Part shown: piece by piece, positions 25,569 through 33,585 of the stretch
Position numbering within the stretch: the first letter of the stretch is position 1
How the letters are laid out: each line of letters starts with the position of its first letter
DNA from: a virus
Virus record (IMG/VR): IMGVR_UViG_3300050821_018287
Location: 28,258 to 92,257 of that record
Reading direction: 5' to 3' (one strand)
DNA: 64,000 bases
Notes under the pieces: generated by a model
What the model saw: only the letters and a program-made list of their open reading frames with translations
The model's database searches: none
What the model was told of the DNA's origin: nothing
Translations under genes and position numbers: made by a program

Positions 25569-25919
25569 CTACTGGCTCCCTCGGAGCCAAGCCCGCGCAA
25601 TTCTTACCTTCATCTCCCAGACGACATCCCGGAGCGTCGCATGCTTCGAGTCGGGCTCATTCCGGTAGACGAGGGAGATGCTCAGCACCCACCGCGCCTT
25701 GTCCCGGTAGAGCCAGCCCTCGTGGATGGGGGGAGGCTCCATGTGGGTGATGCGGATCCACGCAATCGGCCCCACCGTCCCGAAGGTGAAGACGACCGCC
25801 CGTGCACCTTTCACTCCTGGCGTCCCAGAGGTTCCAATAACCTCCGACTGCCAGAAGGTGCCCCGCTCGAACTAAGCCTTCACCGCCTTCAGGACTCTCC
25901 CCGCCGAGGTCAGCTTCAT
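25569..25919 (-). pseudogene. small array protein 14, interrupted by an in-frame TAG (25872-25874)
   Basis: MKLTSAGRVLKAVKA*FERGTF...EMKVRIARAWLRGSQ aligns with the neighbour MTPSSARRVIRVVLARFEPGTF...EMKAQMARRAL. Confidence 0.65.
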
Positions 25920-26326
25920 CCCACCTCCAGGGCCCGCCGCGCCATCTGCGCTTTCATTTCTTGTACAACTTCTGAAAGCCGACGGTGGTAGGTGCTGGGA
26001 CCGTCCACTACCACCGATCTCTCCCCCATCCCAGCGTCCGGGTTGCGTTTGAGCCCGGAGAGGTTCCACCCCTTCAAGAAGCCCACCGGGCTCTCCCACG
26101 TCACGAAGCTCCCCATTCTCCCCTTTGGATCCAGCCGGTTGAGAAGGAAGCGCGCCCACCCATCCCAGGACGGGAGGGTGAAGGAGATCGCCCGCGGAGA
26201 AGCCTCTCCCCCACCCTTCGACTGGCGCTCCCGAAGCGGGGGAACCACCTGCCCATGCCGGAAGGTCCCCGGCTCGAAGCGGGCCAGCACCACCCGAATG
26301 ACGCGGCGCGCCGAGGAGGGTGTCAT
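25916..26326 (-). CDS. small array protein 13
   Basis: ATGA-coupled; ends EMKAQMARRALEVG. Confidence 0.6.
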   Translation of the reverse strand: MTPSSARRVIRVVLARFEPGTFRHGQVVPPLRERQSKGGGEASPRAISFTLPSWDGWARFLLNRLDPKGRMGSFVTWESPVGFLKGWNLSGLKRNPDAGMGERSVVVDGPSTYHRRLSEVVQEMKAQMARRALEVG

Positions 26327-26622
26327 AGGCCCGACAGTGCCCGGTACGCGAGGTGGGCCTGAATCGCCTGGACAGCCTCCAGAAGCGTCCGAACGGGGAT
26401 GTTGGGCTCCGCGTACCGGAACGCGCTCACAATCCAACAGCGGCCCGCCAAGAGCTTCTGGCGCTGCAACGTGTAGACGACCTCCCCGCTCGTCCCGGCC
26501 ACCGGAAATTCGAGCGTCTCCCCCGCCCGGTTCGCCCACCACCGCACGCTCGGGTGCGCGAAGGCTCCCGAGAGCCGCCTCTGCACCGCGTACACCACCC
26601 GCCAGGCCGAAGCGTGGGTCAC
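26323..26622 (-). CDS. small array protein 12
   Basis: GTGA-coupled; ends IQAHLAYRALSGL. Confidence 0.6.
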   Translation of the reverse strand: MTHASAWRVVYAVQRRLSGAFAHPSVRWWANRAGETLEFPVAGTSGEVVYTLQRQKLLAGRCWIVSAFRYAEPNIPVRTLLEAVQAIQAHLAYRALSGL

Positions 26623-26957
26623 GGCCTCTCCAAGCACATCCGCGCCAGCTCCGCCTGGACGAGCCCGACGACCTGGGAGAGGTTCAAAATCCAGCCCGTC
26701 GGATCCTCCGAGGTCCAATGGAGCTGTCGGACGGAGTGGCGCACCTGCCACACCCGGCGGTACTTCGGGCTGTTGGAGGGAAAGAGCTGGGGGAAGATGT
26801 GCCTCGGGAGCCGAATGCGCCGAAGGATGAAGACGCAGGGATCCCCCGGAGCCTGGACGTGCACGGTCAAGTCGTGCCAGTCCGAGCTGGACAAGACGCA
26901 CCGAAAGCCCGGCCCGAGGGCACGGTTCAGCACCTCCATCACCAACCGCTCCGTCAC
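26619..26957 (-). CDS. small array protein 11
   Basis: GTGA-coupled; ends VQAELARMCLERP. Confidence 0.6.
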   Translation of the reverse strand: MTERLVMEVLNRALGPGFRCVLSSSDWHDLTVHVQAPGDPCVFILRRIRLPRHIFPQLFPSNSPKYRRVWQVRHSVRQLHWTSEDPTGWILNLSQVVGLVQAELARMCLERP

Positions 26958-27331
26958 GACAGCCTCAGAACGTGCTCGGCCACGCGTGCCTGAAGCTCGC
27001 AGTGCAGCTCCCGAAGGTGCTCGAACCGCCAAGGTACGAGCCGCCGTCCTTTCCCGAAGGGACCTTCATCCACGTACAGCCACCAAGAGGTGCCCCGCTC
27101 CTTGTCCACTCCGGGCCGGAAGGGGCGCCGATGGATCTCGAAGCGCTGCTCGGGCGTCCGGAATTCCACCGCAGGACGGATGATGCCAGTGCCGGGGATC
27201 GTCGAGTGGAGCTGGACCTGGACACACACCGTCCCGTCGTTGCGCTGCTCCACCCCAGCCCACCCCGCGTCGGAGGAGCCGAGAAGCTTGAGGACGAGCT
27301 GCATCGTTCGGTGGGCGCAACGCAGTGTCAT
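26954..27331 (-). CDS. small array protein 10
   Basis: ATGA-coupled; ends LQARVAEHVLRLS. Confidence 0.6.
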   Translation of the reverse strand: MTLRCAHRTMQLVLKLLGSSDAGWAGVEQRNDGTVCVQVQLHSTIPGTGIIRPAVEFRTPEQRFEIHRRPFRPGVDKERGTSWWLYVDEGPFGKGRRLVPWRFEHLRELHCELQARVAEHVLRLS

Positions 27332-27612
27332 TCCCCGCGCCTCAGCGCCCGATGCGCCTGATCCGCCTGAATCAGCTCGACCGCGGTGCGGAGACTCCGA
27401 GCGAAGTCGGCCAACCAAGGTGCCAACGTTCCCGTCTGCTGCTCCACCATCCACCCCCGGTGGCCCCGAACGATGGCCTTGTACAAGAGAAACTTCACCT
27501 TGGAGACGTACAGGATGAAACGCCCGTACCCGTCCGAGTGGACCAGCTCCCCGCGAAGCTTGTCCGACATCAGGTGCACGCACCGAGCCTGCCTCGCGCG
27601 GGTCCAGCTCAA
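27328..27612 (-). CDS. small array protein 9
   Basis: TTGA-coupled; ends IQADQAHRALRRGE. Confidence 0.55.
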   Translation of the reverse strand: MSWTRARQARCVHLMSDKLRGELVHSDGYGRFILYVSKVKFLLYKAIVRGHRGWMVEQQTGTLAPWLADFARSLRTAVELIQADQAHRALRRGE

Positions 27613-27920
27613 TCCAGCACCGTCGGATGCAAGTCGTGATTCTTCAGCACCCTCAGCGCCTCCGCCGCGCGCACCCGACGCTCCGCCCACTTCTTCGCCG
27701 CCTCCCGCGTCTTGTAGCGGCGCGCTGGTGGAATCGGCCATCCCCACCTCCAACCCTGCCGCTGGAAAAGGACGAGGAAGCGCCCCGTCACGAAATGGTA
27801 GGTGGACTCGTAGATGGTAGCGATGGCCCGCCAGGGCTCGAACGGTCGCTCTCCGCGATCCCCGTCCAACAGGTACTCCTTGCCGCCGACCTCGCCCAAG
27901 CTGTTCCACTGAAGGTTCAC
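27609..27920 (-). CDS. small array protein 8
   Basis: GTGA-coupled; contains YKTREAAKKWAERRVRAAEALRVL. Confidence 0.6.
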   Translation of the reverse strand: MNLQWNSLGEVGGKEYLLDGDRGERPFEPWRAIATIYESTYHFVTGRFLVLFQRQGWRWGWPIPPARRYKTREAAKKWAERRVRAAEALRVLKNHDLHPTVLD

Positions 27921-28234
27921 CGCTCCGACTCCAACGCGTGTCGAACCTCCGCGGCCATCTTCCCGTGGATCCGCCTCAGCCAGACCGCTCTCCACTTCTT
28001 CCAGCTCTCCGGCGATTCGACCGCGTAGTACACCCCGCCCTTTGGACCCATCGGCGCACCGAGAAGCGCGCCGAAGGTGTGGGCCGATCGCATCATGCTC
28101 GGAGAGAGCCGAGCGTAGTGGATGGGTCCTTTGAAAACGCCGCGGATCTCCAGCCACCAATCGAGCGGCATGTAGCAGCCGGACGGCGCAGGGGGCTTCG
28201 CCGGCACCCGAAGGGACGCGCTCCAGTCCGTCAA
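27917..28234 (-). CDS. small array protein 7
   Basis: TTGA-coupled; ends KMAAEVRHALESER. Confidence 0.55.
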   Translation of the reverse strand: MTDWSASLRVPAKPPAPSGCYMPLDWWLEIRGVFKGPIHYARLSPSMMRSAHTFGALLGAPMGPKGGVYYAVESPESWKKWRAVWLRRIHGKMAAEVRHALESER

Positions 28235-28599
28235 GGCGCGTACCCCACTGCGCTCGCCTTGATCCGCGCGCGGAAGTCGTCGTCCGACTCCCCCGGCAAC
28301 CGAGACATCCCGTACAGGATGCCCGCGACGTTGAGCGCGTCCCCGGTCGTCGTCGGGGACAGAATGTCGTCGTCCCCGTCCTTGAGCCGCGCCTCCGCGT
28401 CTTCGGCAAGGATCTGCCGGTCCACCTCCGCGCGAGCCTCTTCGGGCGTGGCGAAGGTCTCGCCTGTGTCCACCACCACCCAGTTGTCGCCGATCTGGAA
28501 GACCGCGCGGAGCGGCTTCGGATCGTCTTGCCGGCGCCACCCACCCATCGCGAGTGACACCCACTTCCCGATCCGCTGTTGGTTGAAGAAGTACATCAC
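28231..28599 (-). CDS. small array protein 6 with a C-terminal baseplate-wedge-like fragment
   Basis: FATPEEARAEVDRQILAEDAEARL followed by TTGDALNVAGILYGMSRLPGESDDDFRARIK. Confidence 0.65.
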   Translation of the reverse strand: MMYFFNQQRIGKWVSLAMGGWRRQDDPKPLRAVFQIGDNWVVVDTGETFATPEEARAEVDRQILAEDAEARLKDGDDDILSPTTTGDALNVAGILYGMSRLPGESDDDFRARIKASAVGYAP

Positions 28600-28877
28600 A
28601 CGCCTCGCTGGAGAAGGATCCGCGCCATGTGGGCGCGCACGCTATCCTCCAGGTACTTCTGCGCCGCCTGCATCGTCGAGAAGACCGACGAAACTTCGAT
28701 GTCCGGCTTCGCGTCCTCACCGACGAACACGTGAGCCACGTACGTCCCGACCTTCGCGATGTCGATCCGCCCGAAGCGCACCCCCACCGTCGAGGGTGGG
28801 ATGTTGAAGAAGAGGAGGTAGCGCTGCGTGCCCCCCGAGCGATCGTAGCGGTACTCCAACATGAACGGGTCATCCAT
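28596..28877 (-). CDS. small array protein 5
   Basis: Contains FSTMQAAQKYLEDSVRAHMARILL. Confidence 0.65.
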   Translation of the reverse strand: MDDPFMLEYRYDRSGGTQRYLLFFNIPPSTVGVRFGRIDIAKVGTYVAHVFVGEDAKPDIEVSSVFSTMQAAQKYLEDSVRAHMARILLQRGV

Positions 28878-29217
28878 CCTCGGGCCCCTTCATTTTGCGA
28901 AGCGCCGCCTCGGCCATCCTCGCCAGCTTCTCCTTCTCCACCTCCTCCTTCGCCTTGTCGAGGCTCTGGAAGTAGCCGATGCGACACTCGGCGCTGAGGG
29001 CTCCCTGGAACACGAAGCCCGCCCAGCCGAAGGAGGCGATGCTGCTCATGTGGTGCGCGCGGAAGCAGGAAGGGTAGACCACCCCGTCGTAGGCGGGACG
29101 ACCGCCCAACCCGAGCGTCGCCCGGTGCATCTCCCCTGTGCGGGCCACTCCGAGGCGGTCCACCAGCTTCTCCTGCATGTTGTAGGCTGCCGACTCCCAG
29201 TTGAAGGTCACGGCCAC
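28870..29217 (-). CDS. small array protein 4
   Basis: Contains FQSLDKAKEEVEKEKLARMAEAAL; start could be GTG 29211. Confidence 0.65.
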   Translation of the reverse strand: MAVTFNWESAAYNMQEKLVDRLGVARTGEMHRATLGLGGRPAYDGVVYPSCFRAHHMSSIASFGWAGFVFQGALSAECRIGYFQSLDKAKEEVEKEKLARMAEAALRKMKGPEDG

Positions 29218-29600
29218 ACCAGCGGACCGTTCAGATTCTCCCCCAACGCCGCTCGCGCGAGCCGGGAGAGGACTTCCGCCTCAGCCGCATCCTGCGCGAT
29301 TTTGGAGGTGCTGTAGCCGGAGCCGATGATCTGGAGGTCCCCGATGTTGACCCCGTGGAGTCTCTGGATCCACTCCCCGTCGTCGTTCTTGTAGGAGTCG
29401 AAGCGCTCTCCCGCGCCCCAAAGCCCGAACGCCGCCCAATACCCGCCACCCTGCTCTGCGATGACCGCGAGCCCCCGCCAAAGCGCCCGATGCTTTTCGT
29501 CCTCTGGGCGCTCCTGCCCACCGATGAAAACGAAGCCGCCCGAAAGCCCGTAGTGCTCCGGCGAGCCGTACAACCGCGTTTCGAGCCATTCGAGCGCCAT
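29208..29600 (-). CDS. small array protein 3
   Basis: Starts MALEW; contains YSTSKIAQDAAEAEVLSRLARAAL. Confidence 0.65.
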   Translation of the reverse strand: MALEWLETRLYGSPEHYGLSGGFVFIGGQERPEDEKHRALWRGLAVIAEQGGGYWAAFGLWGAGERFDSYKNDDGEWIQRLHGVNIGDLQIIGSGYSTSKIAQDAAEAEVLSRLARAALGENLNGPLVWP

Positions 29601-29893
29601 CAGTCCACCGATGGATCCCCAAGCCGCCACCGCGCGCTCATGATGGCGTCCTCCCGCTCCCGCTCCTTCGTTTCCTCCTCCACCCAATCCATTGCCGCTT
29701 CGACTGTGGTGAAGAGGCGCCGAGACGGCTCCCGACGCAAAGAAGGGTGCAGCCGGCCCTCGAAGCGCGGCATGCGCAGAAGCGACTTCGGATCCGAAAC
29801 AGGCCAGACCGAGCCGACCGAGCCCGAGTATTGCACCGTCTCCGAAGCGACGAGGTAGCGCGCCTCCGGGTTGATCTGCCACTCCAGCTTCAT
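29600..29893 (-). CDS. small array protein 2
   Basis: Starts MKLEW; contains FTTVEAAMDWVEE...IMSARWRLG. Confidence 0.65.
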   Translation of the reverse strand: MKLEWQINPEARYLVASETVQYSGSVGSVWPVSDPKSLLRMPRFEGRLHPSLRREPSRRLFTTVEAAMDWVEEETKEREREDAIMSARWRLGDPSVD

Positions 29894-30162
29894 GTTGGTG
29901 CCCCCAAGCGATCCCTCGCGTCCTCTGCCTTGATGACCAGCTCCGCCTCCGCCCGCGCCTCTTCGATCGTCTCGTACTCCTCGTCGAACATCCTCACCCG
30001 CCGAAGCCGGCCGCTGAGACAAAGCTTCCACTTCCCCTCCTGCGTCTTGAAGAAAGCGACGTTGAGGTCATGCCCGTTAACCTGCACTGGCCGGTCCGTC
30101 GGAAGGTACCAGCCCTGAAAGTACAACTCATCCTCCCCGAGGTAGACGAGCCCCGACGACAC
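29890..30162 (-). CDS. small array protein 1
   Basis: Contains YETIEEARAEAELVIKAEDARDRLG. Confidence 0.65.
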   Translation of the reverse strand: MSSGLVYLGEDELYFQGWYLPTDRPVQVNGHDLNVAFFKTQEGKWKLCLSGRLRRVRMFDEEYETIEEARAEAELVIKAEDARDRLGAPT

Positions 30163-30180
30163 AAGGGAGCCTTGTTCGGG

Positions 30181-30714
30181 CTAGGGGGAAACGCCCCGCC
30201 AGATGACGTGGACGTTGGGGAAGGTGGCACAGTCGCGACCCACCCCCAACGGGTTCCCCGGCGCCCCATGTGTAACGCGCCCCTTCAGGAATCGGAGCTG
30301 AGGCCCTCCGGCCAGCTCCCGGTAGGGCTCGATGTACTTGTGCCACCAGGCGCGATCCGTCCAGGAGGGGAGGTGCGCGACGACGAGCTTGCACCCGAGG
30401 CTCAGCTCGCGCATCGCCTTCTCCAACCACTCGCCGATGTTGGAGTAGGGCGGGTTGAGGAAAACGCGGTGGCCAACCCACGACTGGACGAGCCCGTTGT
30501 CCGCCTCTCCGTACCACCGTCCGATGAGCTGCGCACTGAAGCACTCCGCCGAGGCGCACGGGTCCAACGTGAAGCGAAACTCGTCGTGGAGGGGAATGAG
30601 CACCTCGCGCGGAGTGAATTGGTAGTCGAGATCCGTCACCAACGGGATCGCCGGCTCCAGGAGCGAGAGCTGCTCCCCCTTCAGGATCGGGCCAGGGTTT
30701 GCTGTGTCACCCAC
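30181..30714 (-). CDS. phage amino-methyltransferase (Dam-like, N6-adenine type)
   Basis: TP...FTLDPCAS...NGLVQSW..RVFLNPPYS...TDRAWWH...FLKGR. Confidence 0.85.
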   Translation of the reverse strand: MGDTANPGPILKGEQLSLLEPAIPLVTDLDYQFTPREVLIPLHDEFRFTLDPCASAECFSAQLIGRWYGEADNGLVQSWVGHRVFLNPPYSNIGEWLEKAMRELSLGCKLVVAHLPSWTDRAWWHKYIEPYRELAGGPQLRFLKGRVTHGAPGNPLGVGRDCATFPNVHVIWRGVSP

Positions 30715-30911
30715 GCGACTGCCTCCTCAACAACGTCCTTCCGGTAGAGGATCTCCCTCGTCCCGTCATTCCCCCGGCGCGTCATCCTCATCGCCGACAG
30801 CTCCTCCGGGCTCATCCACGACTGCCGATACAACGCCGCTCGCAACGAGAAGACGCTGACCTCGTACACCGCCGCTGCAACCGCCAGCGTCATCCACTCG
30901 ATTTCAGCCAT
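30681..30911 (-). CDS. small HTH-like protein
   Basis: Starts MAEIEWMTLAVAAAVYEVSVFSLR. Confidence 0.45.
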   Translation of the reverse strand: MAEIEWMTLAVAAAVYEVSVFSLRAALYRQSWMSPEELSAMRMTRRGNDGTREILYRKDVVEEAVAWVTQQTLARS

Positions 30912-31432
30912 GGCCTGACGATCGCCAAGAGGTCTTCCGGACTTTGGCCCGCGTTCAGCTCCAGCCGCCTCTCGAAAGTCTCGGCGAAGCGCGCGGATTT
31001 CGTCTTGCGGCCCTTCACCCAGGACGGATTCTGATTGCTGCCCCGACGCAACCGGCGCCGGTGCACCTCCTCCTCGTCCGCGAAAAGGAGTACGCACCTC
31101 AAGACCGTCGGTGGGCAGCTCAGCAGAACGTTGCGATTGTCGAAGTAGCGGACCACCTTCGCGTTGGAGAAGCGATCCCCGTCGAAGATGGTGAGCGTGC
31201 AACGCTGCGCGAGAAACTCCGACCAGAAGTCCAGCGCCTTCCCGACTCCGTTGTAGGGTACGGTGTCCGCGCCGTCGAAAGTCGCGCCCGTGTAATGGCC
31301 TCCGGCACAGACCGTAGGACCCACCGTCCACTTCGGCTTAGAGACGATCGTCGAGTTGGACTCCAGGAGTCCCTTCACCAGCGTCGTCTTCCCCACGCCC
31401 GGCTCACCCACCACCCAGAGGATCTGGTTCAC
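30890..31432 (-). CDS. P-loop nucleotide/base kinase of DNA-modification clusters
   Basis: VGEPGVGKTT, GHY...FDGAD, IFDGDRF, RRLRRGSNQN. Confidence 0.7.
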   Translation of the reverse strand: MNQILWVVGEPGVGKTTLVKGLLESNSTIVSKPKWTVGPTVCAGGHYTGATFDGADTVPYNGVGKALDFWSEFLAQRCTLTIFDGDRFSNAKVVRYFDNRNVLLSCPPTVLRCVLLFADEEEVHRRRLRRGSNQNPSWVKGRKTKSARFAETFERRLELNAGQSPEDLLAIVRPWLKSSG

Positions 31433-31854
31433 GGTTGCCTCCGCCGGGAGTCGAAGCCCTGTTTGAAAGGAGACTTTCTACGTTCGTCCGGACCCGCCTT
31501 GAACGCTCCCGGCGACGCCTGCCGGCCACGATTTGCCGCCGAGATCTTAGCCCGCGCCTCTGGTGAATGCTTTCGCCCGCGCTGCGCTGTGCTCATCCGC
31601 AGCCGCGTCTCCGGTCGAATGACCTTCCCCCGATGGTGGTGACTCTGGTGGCAAGACCGGTGGCACAAAGCCCAATTGTTCGGCGTGTCGTTGTCGTGGT
31701 TGTGGTCCTTGTGGTGAACGACGGGCTCCAACGGATCGCGAAAGGGCGGGCCTACCTCCACGACTCCGCCGCAAAAGAAACAGACCCAAGGACCGAAGCC
31801 CATCGTTCGAAAGAACAGCCACCAACCCGAGAACGTATGCCGCTTACCGGACAA
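31429..31854 (-). CDS. HNH homing endonuclease with NUMOD3-like repeats
   Basis: AAAGGAG then TTG 31854; CFFC...VHHKDHNHDND..NN..CHRSCH; GRKHSPEARAKIS. Confidence 0.8.
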   Translation of the reverse strand: MSGKRHTFSGWWLFFRTMGFGPWVCFFCGGVVEVGPPFRDPLEPVVHHKDHNHDNDTPNNWALCHRSCHQSHHHRGKVIRPETRLRMSTAQRGRKHSPEARAKISAANRGRQASPGAFKAGPDERRKSPFKQGFDSRRRQP

Positions 31855-32773
31855 GGAGGGCTCCTTTGTCTCGGTAGACCTTGAGACGCTCAGAATCGAC
31901 CCCTGACCAACCACCCAGCTCTCCGAGATAGTCCACAGGAAACGATTCGAGCCGAGCCTGCTGCATACGGTCGCCACACTCAGCGACGTGGCTCATTTGG
32001 AGATCGATGTCCGTCCCGGAATAGTAATGCCCGCGACAGAGAGAGTTGAAGTCGCAAAGCGCGGTCTCGAATTGGTCGAGCCCGGAGAAGAGAACCGCCT
32101 TCAGCGCCTCAGCGTAAGCTTGCTTCTGGATGTCAGGATTCGCAAGACACTCCTGGATGGAAAGCCCGCACACCCGCGCGAGCCCCGCGTAAGGCCCCGT
32201 CTCCTCCCCACCGCGCGGTTCCCCAATGTCCGGAGCGACGATGAGCGCGCCGTGAACGTTTTTAAGAAGGTCCGACCACTTGTAGCTAGCCCAGCCCCCG
32301 TTGCCCGGGATCTGCTGAAAAGCGAAGCGCGCTCGGTCCCAACCCTGAGTGCTCGAAACGCTGTCGCAACAAGCCTCCACCCACCGATCGAATTGTCCGC
32401 CTCGGGTGAAGTGGAAGGCGTAGTTGATGTGGAGGCGCGCCTTGTCGTTGCCGCGGAAGCCGCGCCGCTCCACTCCCGTCGGGAGACCCAAAAGTGGCTC
32501 GTGGATCTCCGTCGGCTCCGGATACTTCGTCCAAACGATCTCCGCCGAACGGAGGTTGTAGAAGGTGACGTAGAGGAACGTCCTCCACAGCGCGGTGTTC
32601 AGCGGAAGCTTCTCCAGTTCGTAGAGCCGGCGCAGCACCGGATACGTCGGGTCCAAGTCGCCTGACCAGAGCTGCGTCTTGGAGAAAGTGCAGAAGTCGA
32701 CCCACAAATGCTCACGCGTGATCGCTCGCTCGCCGAAGAAGACAAACTGCTTCCCCTTGTCGGCCATCGGCAT
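31844..32773 (-). CDS. amino acid:DNA transferase-like protein (aGPT-Pplase2 family)
   Basis: GDLDPTY, LPTGVERRGFRG, HhH-like IPGNGGWASYKWSD, ETALCDF...GHYYSGTDID; lies between the oxygenase and kinase genes. Confidence 0.7.
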   Translation of the reverse strand: MPMADKGKQFVFFGERAITREHLWVDFCTFSKTQLWSGDLDPTYPVLRRLYELEKLPLNTALWRTFLYVTFYNLRSAEIVWTKYPEPTEIHEPLLGLPTGVERRGFRGNDKARLHINYAFHFTRGGQFDRWVEACCDSVSSTQGWDRARFAFQQIPGNGGWASYKWSDLLKNVHGALIVAPDIGEPRGGEETGPYAGLARVCGLSIQECLANPDIQKQAYAEALKAVLFSGLDQFETALCDFNSLCRGHYYSGTDIDLQMSHVAECGDRMQQARLESFPVDYLGELGGWSGVDSERLKVYRDKGALLVR

Positions 32774-33585
32774 CACGGCTTCTTGCCTCGCTTCTCGGAG
32801 CGGATCGTACCCAGTCTCCGCGCCCGGTCCAACTCCTCGGCCGGCGACTGGCAATGGCACATCCCCCGAAGCGAGTAGAAAACGACGGTGTAACGGTAGG
32901 AGCGCGGGGAGAGACTCCGGATGGGTGTCACCCCGTGGAGGAGGGAAGACCCGTCGAAGAGGATGAGCGAGCCGGGAATGAACTTGAAACCAATGCCGAG
33001 CTGAGGCACCGCGAGGTGCCCGCCGTCAATGTCCTTCGTGAAGGCAAACATCGCACTCCAGAAGCCCGGGAAGTTGCCCGCGTCGCGGTGGTAATAGAGC
33101 TGGTTGTTCCAGTTTGCGATCCCCGAGGTGTAGATGCTCCCCGGTAGCACCCACCCCGGCTGCACCTTCTCCCAAATGAGCTGGGCCTGCGCCACGTACT
33201 GCTCCGGCACCTCCTTCTCAAAGTACCGGGAGGCGAGCGACGCGAGAGAGCAGATCTTCGCATGCGCCTCCGGGTTCTCCATCGCCACCACCGAGCAATA
33301 GCAGTAGTCCTGGCGCAGAGGATTGCGGGGCATGAAGCCCACGGTCCTGTCCTGGTGTCGCAGACCCGACGTCCGGTAGGCGCGGTGGTAGCGAAGCGCT
33401 TGAAACGCCTCCACCATCCCCGAAAGGTTTTCTTCCGGCTGGAGGTAGGCGATGCGGAGGGTGTTCTCCTCGTAGATGAGGGTGGGCTTGTCGATGAGCA
33501 CCGCGAAGTCTTGCTCATGCGCGGGGACCTTCCGCGCGAGCGCCTTCACGTCGACTTCAATTCGCTGGAGTCGTACGTGTTGCAT
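32773..33585 (-). CDS. TET/JBP-family 2OG-Fe(II) dioxygenase
   Basis: YTSGIAN.N..L.YHRDAGN (HxD), GGHL.VP, LLHGVTP (H), RYTVVFY (R). Confidence 0.8.
   Translation of the reverse strand: MQHVRLQRIEVDVKALARKVPAHEQDFAVLIDKPTLIYEENTLRIAYLQPEENLSGMVEAFQALRYHRAYRTSGLRHQDRTVGFMPRNPLRQDYCYCSVVAMENPEAHAKICSLASLASRYFEKEVPEQYVAQAQLIWEKVQPGWVLPGSIYTSGIANWNNQLYYHRDAGNFPGFWSAMFAFTKDIDGGHLAVPQLGIGFKFIPGSLILFDGSSLLHGVTPIRSLSPRSYRYTVVFYSLRGMCHCQSPAEELDRARRLGTIRSEKRGKKP

Noticed and set aside
25872-25874. Genome-wide TAG reassignment
   Set aside because: TAG cleanly ends many genes (scaffold 4467, 5536, TerL 21767, vWA 60391, SSB 42072); only one internal TAG was noticed.
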